From assembly GCA_964016885.1 (NCBI GenBank), contig OZ024747.1:19220001-19284000 (forward strand): DNA of 64,000 nt, written 5' to 3'. Below the pieces are notes generated by a model that was not told the origin of the DNA, ran no database searches, and saw only the letters and a list, made by a program, of their open reading frames with translations. The position numbers were made by a program, and so were the translations under genes. This DNA is from Eledone cirrhosa (Eukaryota). The stretch's first letter is position 1. Every line of letters starts with the position of its first letter. This document shows, piece by piece, positions 16,130-30,613 of this stretch.

Positions 16130-16178
16130 GCTTCCTGATGATATCTCCCGAATGAAACAGTTCTAGTCTTGTAGAAGC
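16130..16178 (+). ncRNA. Type I hammerhead ribozyme (family A) in inverted repeat ~16066-16195
   Basis: GCUUC-CUGAUGA-UAUCUCCCGAAU-GAAA-CAG uucuaguc UUG-UA-GAAGC; an inverted partial arm lies at 16066-16120. Confidence 0.78.
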
Positions 16179-16196
16179 CATTTCTATATTAAATAT

Positions 16197-16308
<112 letters not shown>

Positions 16309-16353
16309 ATATATATCTATATATATATATATATATATATATCTATATATATA

Positions 16354-16435
<82 letters not shown>

Positions 16436-16919
16436 TATACACATACATACACACGCACACGCTCACAAACACACATACACATATATAAAAACACACACAC
16501 ACATACACACATATATATATATATTTATATAAATATTTGTAAATAAGTGTGGGTGTATGTGTGTGTGTGTGTGTTTGTGTGTGGATACATATAGATACAT
16601 ATATACATATAAATATATACATATAAATATATACATACATATACACATACACTTGCATACATATATATGTGTGTGGATGTGTACGTGCGTGTGCGTGTGT
16701 CTGACATAAACAAATATAAAAAAGAGGGGAGACAACAGCAAATTTAAGAATGCGAATGAAAAGTGAGGCGGGAGTATGTATAACAATTAAGGGAAATGGA
16801 AATATCCGTAGCATAAAACAAAAAAAAAACAACGAAAAAAACCTTAGAAAATAACAAAACTATTAAAAATATCTTTTTCCTTCCTCATCGTGATGAAATA
16901 ATAATAATAATAATAATAA

Positions 16920-17011
16920 TAATTGTTTCTACTTTTGGCACAAGGCCAGCAATTATCCCAGTGTATTACTGGTACTTTATTTTATCGACCCCGTAAGGAT
17001 GAACGGCAAAT
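16920..17011 (-). mobile_element. 5'-truncated SINE with (ATT)n tail
   Basis: ttgtttctacttttggcacaaggccagcaatt...gatgaacggcaaa, preceded by (AAT)n. Confidence 0.8.
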
Positions 17012-17013
17012 TT

Positions 17014-17784
17014 AATTTATTAACCACAAGGGTTTACACAAAGTAGACATTAAGGTCAGTACAGGACAATACAGAACGGTACAAATGGGCATTTCTGCGT
17101 AAAAAACCCCAAAAAACAGAGGATGTAACAAAAAAAGAACAATGAAAAATTCCCCAATAGGGTGGGTGGGGGGGGGGAGACTTCCGAGGGCCATCGTGGA
17201 GAAAGCTCATTAAAAAGAGCCACGGTGACCCTGACCACCAGGGCAAGTGCCCTCTCCCAGTTTTCCACCTTCAATTTACAGGCATATACTCAGAGTAGGT
17301 CCATTCACTCGGGCCATTCTTGCCTCTCTCACCCATCTTTCAACAAAATGCTGGGAAGAGAGCACTTCCCTCTCTACCCTGATTTTCCTTTTCAAATGAA
17401 AACAATAATAATAACAATGGTTTCTTTATTGGCCACAAGGGCTAACATGAAGAAAAACATTAGAGACGGCACAGAACAGTACAGGACGATACAAAGTGGG
17501 TTTTGGTCGTGTAAACAGGTTATAACAAGATAGAAATCGGGATAGAAATCAAAAAGAATTCAAACAACAAAAATTCCCCCAAAAGGGTGAAACTACCGAG
17601 GGTCACTCGTGGCGAAAACCACACAAAAGACCACGGCCACCCTGACCACCAGGGCAAGCGCCCTCTCTCAGTTTTCCCACGCCTCAGTCTACAGGTGCAT
17701 ACTCAGAGCGGGCCCGTTCACTCGGACCAGACTCACCACTTTCACCCACCTTTCAACAAACTTACTAGAAGACAGCACTTGCCG
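17014..17784 (-). mobile_element. Two tandem, diverged 3'-end fragments of a LINE (L1/Tx1-like)
   Basis: 17014-17370 and 17420-17784 share ccacgg.accctgaccaccagggcaag.gccctctc.cagtttt. The minus strand reads ...KFVERWVKVVSLVRVNGPALSMHL* followed by a UTR with AATAAA. Clade assignment is inference. Confidence 0.5.
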
Positions 17785-17794
17785 AAAATAATAA

Positions 17795-18170
17795 TGAAAA
17801 ATGACAAAGCAACAATTCTCTGGGACATGCCAATACAGAGAGACAAGTAGATCAAAGCGAACCGATCGGATATTATAGTCAAAGACCACAAAGAAAAAAA
17901 AAATGTTTTCTAATTGATGTATCAATCCCCACAGACAACAATATATCTACCAAGGAAATGGAAAAACTCTCCAAATATAAAGATCTAGAGATAGGAATAA
18001 TCCGAATGTGGATGATGAAGACGGAAACAATACCTCTAATAGGTGTTCTGAGAATGATAAAGACACACACAGACACATACATAACTAAAACCCCAGGACT
18101 GACAAATATAACAACATACAAAAATAGTACTACTAGGCATTGTATACATATTATGAAGAGTACTATCAAT
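17795..18170 (+). pseudogene. 5'-truncated decayed R4/Dong endonuclease fragment (second subfamily)
   Basis: ATILWDMPIQRDK*IKANRSDIIVKD..LIDVSIP..EKLSKYKDLEIGI, homologous to the C-terminus of 34797-38447; starts after ataataat. Confidence 0.85.
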
Positions 18171-18188
18171 AAAGTAGAAACAACGTCG

Positions 18189-18267
<79 letters not shown>

Positions 18268-18274
18268 GCTGCTG

Positions 18275-18348
<74 letters not shown>

Positions 18349-18384
18349 GTTGCTGCTGCTACTGCGGCTGCGGCGGCTACCACC

Positions 18385-18481
<97 letters not shown>

Positions 18482-19287
18482 ATAATAATAATAATGTATT
18501 TTAGCAATGCTAACAATGGCAATAATAGCAATAACAGTAACAACAATAACAACAGTAACAAATGCATAAATATAAAAGAAAAACTAAATGCAAGCAGAGG
18601 TATTAAAGAATGTAAAGATTGTGAAGAAAATCAAAGCAACGTAATATTAGATTTTCTAGTTTATTTATTTACTGTTTGTATAGTTTCTTTTCTATTTTGT
18701 AAAGAAAAACACACAAAAAACTAAAAACAAAATCCAAGAAACAAAAAGTAGAAACAAAACAACAACAAAAAAGCAAAAAACAAAAAAAAAAACTAAAAAC
18801 AAAATCCAAGAAACAAAAAGTAGAAACAAAACAACAAAAAAGCAACCCCCCCAAACTAAAAACAAAACAAAAATCAAAAAAAAAACAAAAAAAACTAAAA
18901 ACAAAATCCAAGAAACAAAAAGTAGAAACAAAACAACAAGAACAAAAAAGCAAAAAAAAAACTAAAAAAAACTAAAAACAAAACAAAAAGCAATAAAACA
19001 ACAAACAAACAATTAAAAACAAAATGTCTGGCGCTAGAATTCTTACATTTCTATTCTATATAAATTGTTGCAAGGTTCAAGATTGCTATCTCAGAAATAT
19101 ATATATAGGAAACCAAAAATATCGTTTAAGTTAAAGAGAAGGCAATCATCATCATCATCATCATCATCGTTTCGTTATCATCATTGTCGTCGTCGTCGTC
19201 ATCATTGTTTTGTTATCACCATCGTCGTCGTCGTCGTCATCCATCATCATCGCCATCACCACCACCACCATTATCATCGTCGTCGTT

Positions 19288-19332
<45 letters not shown>

Positions 19333-19467
19333 GTCATCATCCTCGTCACCCTCCTCCTCATCATCATCATCGTTGTCGTCGTCGTCGTCGAAATCGTCAT
19401 TATCACCACCACCACCACCACCACCACCACCACCACCACCACCACCACCACCACCACCACCATCATT

Positions 19468-19499
<32 letters not shown>

Positions 19500-20065
19500 C
19501 ATCATCATCACCATCATCATCATCACCATCACCATCATCATCATCCTCCTCCTCATCATCAACGTCAATATCAAGAGCATCATCAACAACATCATCATCA
19601 TCATCAACACCATGTTCATGACTATCATCTCCCTCCTCCCCATCCTCATCACTATTTTCGTCTTTCTCCTCATCATTTTCCTTGTCATCTTTATAATTGC
19701 TTTAGCACCTGTCTTTCTTTTTGTCGATGCAAACATCAGCCATACTTCACTACAGTATAACTGGACACAACACATGTGAATGGTTAAAGAGTTTCCATCG
19801 CAACCATGAGCTACTGGATTCAATCACCTTGTCGTCGTATCTTATGTATAATTGTCACATGTCTACATAAACCAATTATGACAAATATAAAGTTAACTCG
19901 AAATATATAGCCAAAGTATATATATAAAAGTATATAGATAAAAGTATATAGATAAAAGTATATAGCCAAAGTATATAGATAAAACCCATCCCGAATGAAC
20001 CAGAAAACCAACAAAGACTTAGGGAAAAGATGGCGTTAGAAAAATTTTAAATAGAAATAGAACTG

Positions 20066-20749
20066 TTGCGATTAAGAGCCAACTCCAACGAAGAAAAATT
20101 CAAGTCACTCGACCAACAGATGGACACAGAAATCTCAAAGCACTCTGAAGGCCTACTCTATGAAAAAACCTTAAAACTTTGGAAAGAAAACTGTGAGGAT
20201 GAAGAACTAACATCCATCCAGCGATGGGAAAAAAACGCCACCTGGTTCAACAACTACGAAATGGATTTCAAAAATGAACAACATACAAGTAACCCATTTT
20301 TAAAACAAACTAAAACTCACACACCACATGCACAACAAATAACAAAAAAAGTAACAAAACGTCCAACATACCCCCAGAAAAACTATAACGATAATCCCAG
20401 AGCCCATAGACAAAACTATAACCCTACTAACAAAAACCGAAGATCCCCCAACACAAGACAGGACCCGATCCGCAGATCACAACCCACACAAAACCTATTC
20501 CAAGACCGTAGACCCCTGCCCACACAGAGCCTGTTCCAAAATCGTAGATCCCAACCCCCACAAAGGAACATAATCTACAACCCGGAATATCAACAAACCG
20601 AACCTCAATACGTCTGGAATTTCTATACAAGACCACACAACAACAGGGGAAATGCCATTAGATATAATAATAACATTGAAAAAACATTCCAGAAAAATCA
20701 TTTTTTAGACCAAGGACCCACGAAACCCGGTGGCACAAACCGATTTTGA
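20066..20749 (+). CDS. N-terminal/upstream ORF of the Penelope-like element (acidic helical region then P/Q/R/N-rich region)
   Basis: 227 aa of non-microsatellite sequence, in frame with the RT N-terminus across the TGA at 20747-20749. Confidence 0.5.
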   Translation: MRLRANSNEEKFKSLDQQMDTEISKHSEGLLYEKTLKLWKENCEDEELTSIQRWEKNATWFNNYEMDFKNEQHTSNPFLKQTKTHTPHAQQITKKVTKRPTYPQKNYNDNPRAHRQNYNPTNKNRRSPNTRQDPIRRSQPTQNLFQDRRPLPTQSLFQNRRSQPPQRNIIYNPEYQQTEPQYVWNFYTRPHNNRGNAIRYNNNIEKTFQKNHFLDQGPTKPGGTNRF

Positions 20750-21596
20750 AAAACCGAAATAATCAACATTTCAAATACAAACCTCTCAGCCCAACAAGTA
20801 AAAATTCTCTCCAAAGGACTGAAATTTACACCAACGCTACAATACTCTAACCTAAATGAGATAAATGATGATATCTCACACTTCTGTAGAAAATTACGTC
20901 TCACAGAGGAATTCTTTGACAAGGAGAATAACGACCAATCAATTGTACGGAATAAAAGCAGCTACAACCCAACAAAAGTTAGAAACAGAGTTCTGGACAA
21001 ATTTTGTGACCACATAGCCGCTTTCCCATACCATGAACTACCGCAACCTAAACCCAAACCCAACACGAGTCGAAGGGAATGGGAGATTATCCATGAACTA
21101 AAAAAACAATACGGACATTATAATTAAGGAAGCGGACAAGGGAAGTACTGTTGTCATTATGGATGCTGAAAAATATAAAAATTCTATGCTCTCTCTCTTT
21201 TACAAAATACTAATTACTATGAAAGAATAAAAAACTACCAGCAATCAAAAACAATGACCAGATTAAACTCACTGATTTGTCGATACCAGGAAGACTTAAC
21301 TAAAAAGGAACGCGATTATTTAACACATTTTGAATATAAAACCAGCAACCTTTACGGACTTCCGAAGATTCACAAGTGTAAAATAATTAACGATGCCTGT
21401 AAACAATCCACCTCAGCCTGCGTGAACACACAATACCCCACAGAATTAAATTAAGACCAATTGTAACGGGCCCTCAATGTGAAACACACAGACTGAGCAG
21501 CTTTAACCAATTCTCAAACACATACCAAGCCTTGTAAGAGACGATCTGGACCTCTCAAACCACCTCCCCAAACATGTCAACAACGATACTATTATT

Positions 21597-22238
21597 GTGT
21601 CTTTCGATGTAGTGAATCTCCACACAACGATCCCACACCAATACGGACTACAAGCAATAGGATTCTGGCTAGAAATACCTGGCAGAATAGAAAAAAGCTT
21701 CATCAACGAGGGATTAAAATTTATCTTACAGAACAACTTTTTTGATTTCGATGGCAGTACTTACAAGCAAATATCGGGGACTGCGATGGGTACAAAAGCC
21801 GCTCCGACTTATGCCAACTTAGTCATGGCATACTTAGAAGTCCAGATTTATGAACAGTCCAAATCAAAATACGGATTGAACTTCCATAAATATTTATCAG
21901 AGAATTGGAAACGCTACTTGGATGATTGTCTCATTCTTTGGTCCCACACACTCGACCAACTGAATGATTTCAAAAATTTAATAAACGGCATCAATAACCA
22001 CATCCAATTCACAATGGAATACAGCCAAGATCAACTCCCATTTCTGGACATCTTAATCTTAAAAAAAGACACAAATATTGAAACTGACATACACTACAAA
22101 CCAACAGATTCCAAACAATACCTGCTATTCACCTCCAACCATCCAAAGCACACGAAGACGAACATTCCTTTTAACCTAGCAAGAAGAATTTGCACAATTG
22201 TCTCCAATTATGAAACGCGAAATAAAAGACTTCAATAA
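21597..22238 (+). pseudogene. Penelope-like reverse transcriptase core fragment
   Basis: SFDVVNLHT, QISGTAMGTKAAPTYANLVM, WKRYLDDC, LPFLDILI. Confidence 0.92.
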
Positions 22239-22504
22239 TTAAAGGAAATTCTACTCGAAAGACAGTACCCACCATTACTAATAAATAATGGAATAGAAAG
22301 TAATAGGCTTTTATGAATTAGGAAAACAGAAACAAATTCAAGCTATGTCCAATATTCTATCATATATCTCAACACACAGCCCAAGAAATGCGGAAGCTTA
22401 CAACACTATTCACAAGAACATCCCACTACTGAAACAAGACCCAAGAATGAAAAAAAGCCCTTGAAACACACAAAATAATCAAAAGCGAAAGACAACCGAA
22501 ATCA

Positions 22505-22963
22505 GTGAAAACATTACTCACCAATGCCAAATTACCTACCACAAACCCACAACCAACTGTCAAAAAATGTGGTCGCTCTAATTGTGGAACCTGCACTAAC
22601 CTCATTGAAGGCAACACGTATACATTTAAATCAGGACAAAATTTTGATGTAAAAAATCACTTCACTTGCTCATCAAAAAATCTAATTTATGCCATTAATT
22701 GTAAAGTATGCAATGAAGATTATATAGGACAAACTAAACTCACACTCAGAAATAGAATGACAGTTCATCGCCAACAATTACGAGATCCAACCACGAGACA
22801 GATACCACTAAGCGCACATCTAGACATTTGCGCAAGTAATAAGACACCCAAATTCCAAGTCTTCCCATTTTACCTTTGCGCTGACAATACAACAGAACAA
22901 ATACGAATAAATAAGGAAAATATGTTTATTCAAAAATATAGACCAGCATTAAATATGGTTTAA
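22505..22963 (+). pseudogene. Penelope-like Zn-linker + GIY-YIG endonuclease fragment
   Basis: CGRSNCGTC...FTCSSKNLIYAINCKVCNEDYIGQT..LRNRMTVH...KENMFI..RPALN. Confidence 0.92.
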
Positions 22964-23954
22964 TATACATTATGTCAACACCATAACATGCTAACCATCC
23001 AAACAGACATATACACACACACATAACACCTACTTTAGAAAATAAAAACCCGAACTAAATAAACCTTAACATACGTTTGCGCTGACAATACAACAGAACA
23101 AATACGAATAAGTAAGGAAAATATGTTCATTCAAAAATATTCCTACTAATGGAATCATTTTCCTACACACACACACACACACACAAAATATATATTCTCT
23201 TCATCTTAACATGCTAACCATACTCCCACACACACATAACACCCATACATACACACACACATAACCCCCCCCACATAACTCCCTCCCCCATTTCTACTAA
23301 TAGAATCACTTTCCTACACACACACACACGCAAAATATATATATTCTCTCCATCTTAACATACTCCCCCACACACATAACACCCATATACACACAACTCC
23401 CTCCCCCATTTCTACTAATAGAATCATCTTCCTATACACACACACACACAAATAAACATACATATCTCTACTTTCTTCATTTCAATAGAAAATCTGAATT
23501 CTGACATCCCAGCGAACTAGCCATATTCACTGAACCAGAACAATTCTCCCATCCCATTTCTCTTGACCATTTTTTTGCTTGTCATAAAATTCTCTAAAAG
23601 GCTACAAAATAAATTCCCAAATACGGGCGCAAAATTTAATGAACTTGTCACGTGACAGCCATAGTTTCATTTATAACCAATCAAATTTCATTTAAAAAAA
23701 AAGCCTCCGTGAGCCTCCTTTTTTTAAGTTAAAAGAAATTAAAACACTTATATATGAAAAAACAACCTGAGCCCCTCCCTGTTTGAAGAAATTTGTAACG
23801 CGAACTGCCGCGAAATTTATTATACTTATTGACCAACCAATCAAATTACTTCTCTAAAAACCTGGCGTTTCGAGCCACTTTTTTCCATATAAAACAAGTA
23901 ACATTCAAAGACCAACCAGATGTGAGAAAAACCACAGACCCTCCATCTCAACTC

Positions 23955-23994
23955 TACTTTTGAAAAGCAGAAGAACTGCGAAACCGGTAAAGGA
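23955..23994 (+). ncRNA. Minimal type I hammerhead with U3-A8 core (UUGAAAA) in the Penelope 3' end
   Basis: CUU-UUGAAAA-GCAG aagaa CUGC-GAAA-CCGG-UA-AAG. Confidence 0.75.
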
Positions 23995-24120
23995 ACCAAA
24001 TAAATATATATATTTTTTTAAAAATAAGACTCCAGTTGCATTTTCGATTTCATCTTTTTTTCTTTATACTTTCACTCGTGTATGACACCTCGTTTATTTT
24101 TCATTTTGTAAAAAAACCTC

Positions 24121-24207
<87 letters not shown>

Positions 24208-24216
24208 GTATGTATA

Positions 24217-24249
<33 letters not shown>

Positions 24250-24298
24250 TATTCAAAATATTAACAAATGAAGATATTCACGTAATCAAAATATATGC

Positions 24299-24361
24299 TT
24301 TATTATATATATTTCGAAGGTACTGTGTTGTTTATTTTCCAGTACGTCCTCGTCAGATAAA
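24299..24361 (-). ncRNA. Type I hammerhead ribozyme (family C) in inverted element 24249-24609
   Basis: Minus: UUUAU-CUGACGA-GGACGUACU...AGUACCUUC-GAAA-UAUAUA-UA-AUAAA; a partial plus-strand copy lies at ~24438-24464. Confidence 0.85.
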
Positions 24362-24607
24362 ATATATGATTTGATATATGACATACCCCTACGGTCTTGA
24401 TATTTCAATTCCAGTATTGGCAGAAAAACAACAATACAGTACCTTCGAAATATATATAATAAAGCATATATTTTAATTATGTGAATATCTTCATTTGTTA
24501 ATATTTTGAATAATATTAAAACTCCAGGAATATTTCTTTATTGAGTGCTTTTAATCTATTGTAAAACTGTATTCATTGAATAATCAATGAACCATATTAA
24601 TCTTTGG

Positions 24608-24675
<68 letters not shown>

Positions 24676-24868
24676 AAGTATGACCCCGACGGCAGAGCTC
24701 AAGCCGTTTCGACGGCTATTTCTGGACTCTGAGTCCAGAAATAGCCGTCGAAACGGCTTGAGCCCTGCCGTCGGGGCCATACTTTCTCCTATTACCCACT
24801 CGACTACCCTAAGTATTGAGTACTCTGGTGTGTTATGGTCCATCTGGTTCCTTACCACAACTCTTCCG

Positions 24869-24936
<68 letters not shown>

Positions 24937-25267
24937 TAAAGTAATACGTTTTAGAATACGAAAACATAATTGTAGGTGAAGAAGTAGTGTTTGGCTTATA
25001 TAAATAAATAAATATATATATGTAGACACCTGTCTTACAGGCATTGTTAGTCTAAGTGATAAACAAGGATTGGTATTCCAATTTTAAATTTGTTTACAGT
25101 ACTTTTTCTGCCTTCGTTAATATTATAGCTTTAAAGAATTAGCTTTTAATGAACGCCCTTTTCTTTAAATCCATCCTTCAACCAATGACCTCTACCCATC
25201 CCAACCCCAACCCTCTCCTACCACCAGAAAAGGAAAGATATAAATACTACCATTTATTTGGACAGCC

Positions 25268-25318
25268 AGCTTCCTGATGATTTCTCACGAATGAAACAGT
25301 TCTAGTCCTGTAGAAGCT
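25268..25318 (+). ncRNA. Type I hammerhead ribozyme (family A) in element ~24935-25404
   Basis: AGCUUC-CUGAUGA-UUUC ucac GAAU-GAAA-CAG uucuaguc CUG-UA-GAAGCU; decayed relatives at ~2025-2062 and ~56768-56835. Confidence 0.85.
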
Positions 25319-25399
25319 CTTCTATATTAAAACCTTTATACTCTGGTATGTATTGAGTACTTTATTTACTGTGGTTACCTCCGATTGAACCCGGAATAA

Positions 25400-25526
<127 letters not shown>

Positions 25527-25551
25527 GTATATATATATATATATATGTATA

Positions 25552-26080
25552 TAAAGTTAAATAAAAGTCAAATGATTAAAATTTAGCTTCGTTTATTACT
25601 GCTATATATATTTCAGTGACAGCCATCTTTGGCTGTGACCTCTTCAGGCAGTTTGAATTAGTATGGTATAGACAAGTACATATGTTGTTTAGGTGTATAA
25701 TATTGTCAATACTCTGATATGCCCAGTTCCTTGTTGGGTTGTTAATTCACTGAGGAACTGGAGTCATATGAGTTCCTCAGTGAATTAACAACCCAACAAG
25801 GAACTGGGCATATCAGAGTATTGACAATATTATACACCTAAACAACATATGTACTTGTCTATACCATACTAATTCAAACTGCCTGAAGAGGTCACAGCCA
25901 AAGATGGCTGTCACTGAAATATATATAGCAGTAATAAACGAAGCTAAATTTTAATCATTTGACTTTTATTTAAATTTATTTTACACTACTCCGGAGTAAC
26001 CAAACCAACCTGCGCACTTCGTCGAGTGCTCCAGCCTGCATACTGAGGTGTTGGTATACAACCAACATAAACTCAAAATC
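25552..26080. mobile_element. Fold-back family B element with HHRs at 25598-25652 (-) and 25878-25932 (+)
   Basis: Inverted arms around ~25760-25772, a tail ending ...ctcaaaatc at 26080, and (TA)n flanks. Confidence 0.87.
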
Positions 26081-26174
<94 letters not shown>

Positions 26175-26202
26175 TATATACATATGTATATATATATATG
26201 TA

Positions 26203-27720
<1,518 letters not shown>

Positions 27721-28630
27721 TATAATCTGTGCATAGAAACTCTTTAGAGGTGCGGATTTGTTAATATTACTTCTATGGATATACGATATCTCATTTGTGG
27801 AAATTCAAGATGAGACAAGGATTTACTCGCTGATGCTAGAAATTGAATTTATATTTTCTTTTCGTTATAAAATATCATGTTCGTAGAAACTGAAGATGGA
27901 ATAACAATTTACACACATATGTTAGAAATATAATTGTTTTTAAAGAAGCCAATATTTCTACGAAAATGCTCTTCACGAGACTGAGCAAGTAGTAGTTAAA
28001 ATCAAAATTGTGTAATTCCTTCATTTTGTCAGCTCTTTCTAAACAGGCCTGCCCAAGTCGGATTGCTGCTTCGTATATAAGATAAAATGATGGGGTTTTG
28101 TTAACATCACAGTTAGTGAGCCAGCAGGTGCTCTTCACACCGTAGAATTTCCCCTCTTTGTTTTCTCACACGACAGGTAACGTTTGGCCATTCGGTTAGA
28201 AAGGATGCAATTTTGCACCGATGAACCCCCCACACCCCCCAAAAAAACAACAACCCCAAAAAATCTCCTTTATACACATTAAACTCATTAAAATTTCACA
28301 AAGCAGCTATAAAGGCATTATAATTTTTCTTAATAAAGGCATTTTCGGTTTAATAGAGCATTATTGGAGTTCACTTGAAAAATAATCTCTCATGTGAGAA
28401 ATTAACTTTTATCATAAAATATATACACAGTGCTACAAATACGCACTTCGTATGGATAGTATACTTTATAATCCCTTGGGCAAATTCAAGATAATTCATA
28501 CTTTTTAAATAAGAACATAATTTAGTGAAATTGAAAACGGTTTTAAATAATTTGAAACTATTTTTGAATTTTTGAACATATTAGTTTATCTTTTTCTTGA
28601 AAAACTTTATTTTCTTAAAGTACATGTAAA

Positions 28631-28826
28631 AATAATTGTTTCTACTTTTGGCACAAGGCCAGCAATTATCCCAGTGTATTACTGGTGCTTTATTTTATCG
28701 ACCCCGTAAGGATGAAAGGCAAAGTTAACCTCAGCGGGATTTAACTTTGCCTTTCATCCTTACGGAGTCGATAAAATAAAGCACCAGTAATACACTGGGA
28801 TAATTGCTGGCCTTGTGCCAAAAGTA
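28631..28826. mobile_element. SINE 3' half with inverted (fold-back) duplication
   Basis: Minus-strand SINE at 28631-28740 followed directly by its reverse complement at 28741-28826. Confidence 0.85.
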
Positions 28827-29786
28827 AAAATATTGGAAACCGGACTGGAGTGAAGCGAACCTCCTCCTCCTCCCCCTCCCCTCTTCTTCTTCTTCTTCTT
28901 CTTCTTCTTCTTCTTCTTCTTCTTCTTCTTCTTCTTCTTCTTCTTCTTCTTCTTCTTCTTCTTCTTCTTCTTCTTCTTCTTCTTCTTCTTCTTCTTCTTC
29001 AGCCTCCTGTCTCCCATCACTGATAGAATCGAACCATTTATGGTAATAAAGTTATTCTTATAACGCGTGGAAACCGAAGTGCATCGAAATAGAACTGGCC
29101 GGATCTACACTTGAAACATGATATTAAGATTTCCGACGAATCCCAGCTTTATGATATTAGCTCTATAACACGATAGCTTTAAGAATGTTGAACTGTGTTA
29201 TGACAGTACATCAGGATGCACAGGTTCTTGCTTTTACTAGTAAGTACATAAAGAGATTTATGTACTTTTTATGCTGCGGTCAAAACTCGCTTGCATTTAA
29301 CAGCAAAAGACATTGCAAATGTGAAACATATTTTCCATAGTATTATTAATGGAAATCAGATTAATAAAAAAAACAAAAACATTTTTTATTTGCAATGAAA
29401 CTGAAGAATTACATTTTTAAATGGAAATGAAATTGCAAATAGGCAGAAAAAAAACAACAATTATGAGCAATGGAAGATTTGCATAAACAAAGCAAATCCA
29501 AAGTTGGGATTAACTGAAAGAGTAGGGGTTAGATAGAGTGGAAGAAATAGAATAAATGAGATAAAAGGAAGACAATTATGAGAGAAAAAGAAAGAAGCAG
29601 GAGAGTGGAAATGGGATACTGTAATATTATGAGACAGAGAGTTTCAATAAGTATATAAAACATATTTATTTAGCACTGTAGTGGTCGTGGAGAGTAGGCA
29701 GTAGATACACTTTAAAGAAAGAAACAATGGCCAATGGCTACATAAAAAAAAGAAAGCGAGGAGATGACAGTGTGATGAAGAGTAGG

Positions 29787-29868
<82 letters not shown>

Positions 29869-30096
29869 AAAAGCATTAGGAAAGAAAAGAAGGGATATAC
29901 ACACAAACAAACCCTTAGAAATATATAATGGATTACGGATTTAATAAATAAATAAACCCTCTCAAATAGTTACAATATCTTCGAGAGCTAATGCACACAT
30001 GGCTCGAACGAACACTCTATAGATTATTAATAAGTTGCTTTATGCAATTTAAGTAAATATTCCTTTGCTTGTCTTATTCGTTTTTTAAAAAATATA

Positions 30097-30380
30097 GGCG
30101 GCGAATTGGCAGAGTGGTTAAGACGTCGGAGAGAATGTTTTACAGTATTCGTCCCACCTCATGCGCGCTCTGAGTCCAAATCCCCCCAGGGTTAACTTTG
30201 CCTTTTTAGGTCGATAAAAAAGTACCAGTCCAGTACTGGGATCAATTCTTCCTCTATTGAAAAAATCGGCTGTTTTCAGACTTGGCGAGGGTTGGGCTCT
30301 GCCAGGCTCAAAAGTGCCATAGACACGCCGAGTGACGGTACCTCTACGACTTCACAAGGAGATATGGGATCTTTATCCTG
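30097..30380 (+). mobile_element. tRNA-derived SINE, subfamily with alternative 3' tail
   Basis: ggcggcgaattggcagagtgg head, SINE core, then tail gaaaaaatcggctg..ttcagac..ttacgac..atgggatctttatcc, shared with 44141-44650 and 52737-53065. Confidence 0.8.
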
Positions 30381-30613
30381 ATCCTTATTAATAAAATGAC
30401 AAACTTCAAACAAATTGAAAGTAGGATGTATACATACATACATACATATATACATACACATGCGTAGAAATAGCCATGATCCCCAGCATACAACTGATGA
30501 AGGAAAATTTACTCCCGTTCCTGCTTTCCTCATATTTTTATAAGTACACCTTATCCAGCAACTACACAGCCTCTGTTTCTTCTTCTATCTATATATATAT
30601 ATATATATATATA

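Larger units (their letters stand above)
19990..24125 (+). mobile_element. Near-full-length decayed Penelope-like element (Neptune-like: Cys-rich linker before GIY-YIG)
   Basis: IINISN..LSKGLKFTP (~20760-20835), IKEADKGSTVVIMD (~21125-21165), YGLPKIHK, SFDVVNL, SGTAMGTKAAPTYANL, YLDD, LPFLD, SNHPKH, CGRSNCGTC, NLIYAINCKVCNEDYIGQT, RPALN*. Several frameshifts and stops; long 3' UTR with HHR; ends in (TA)n. Confidence 0.92.
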
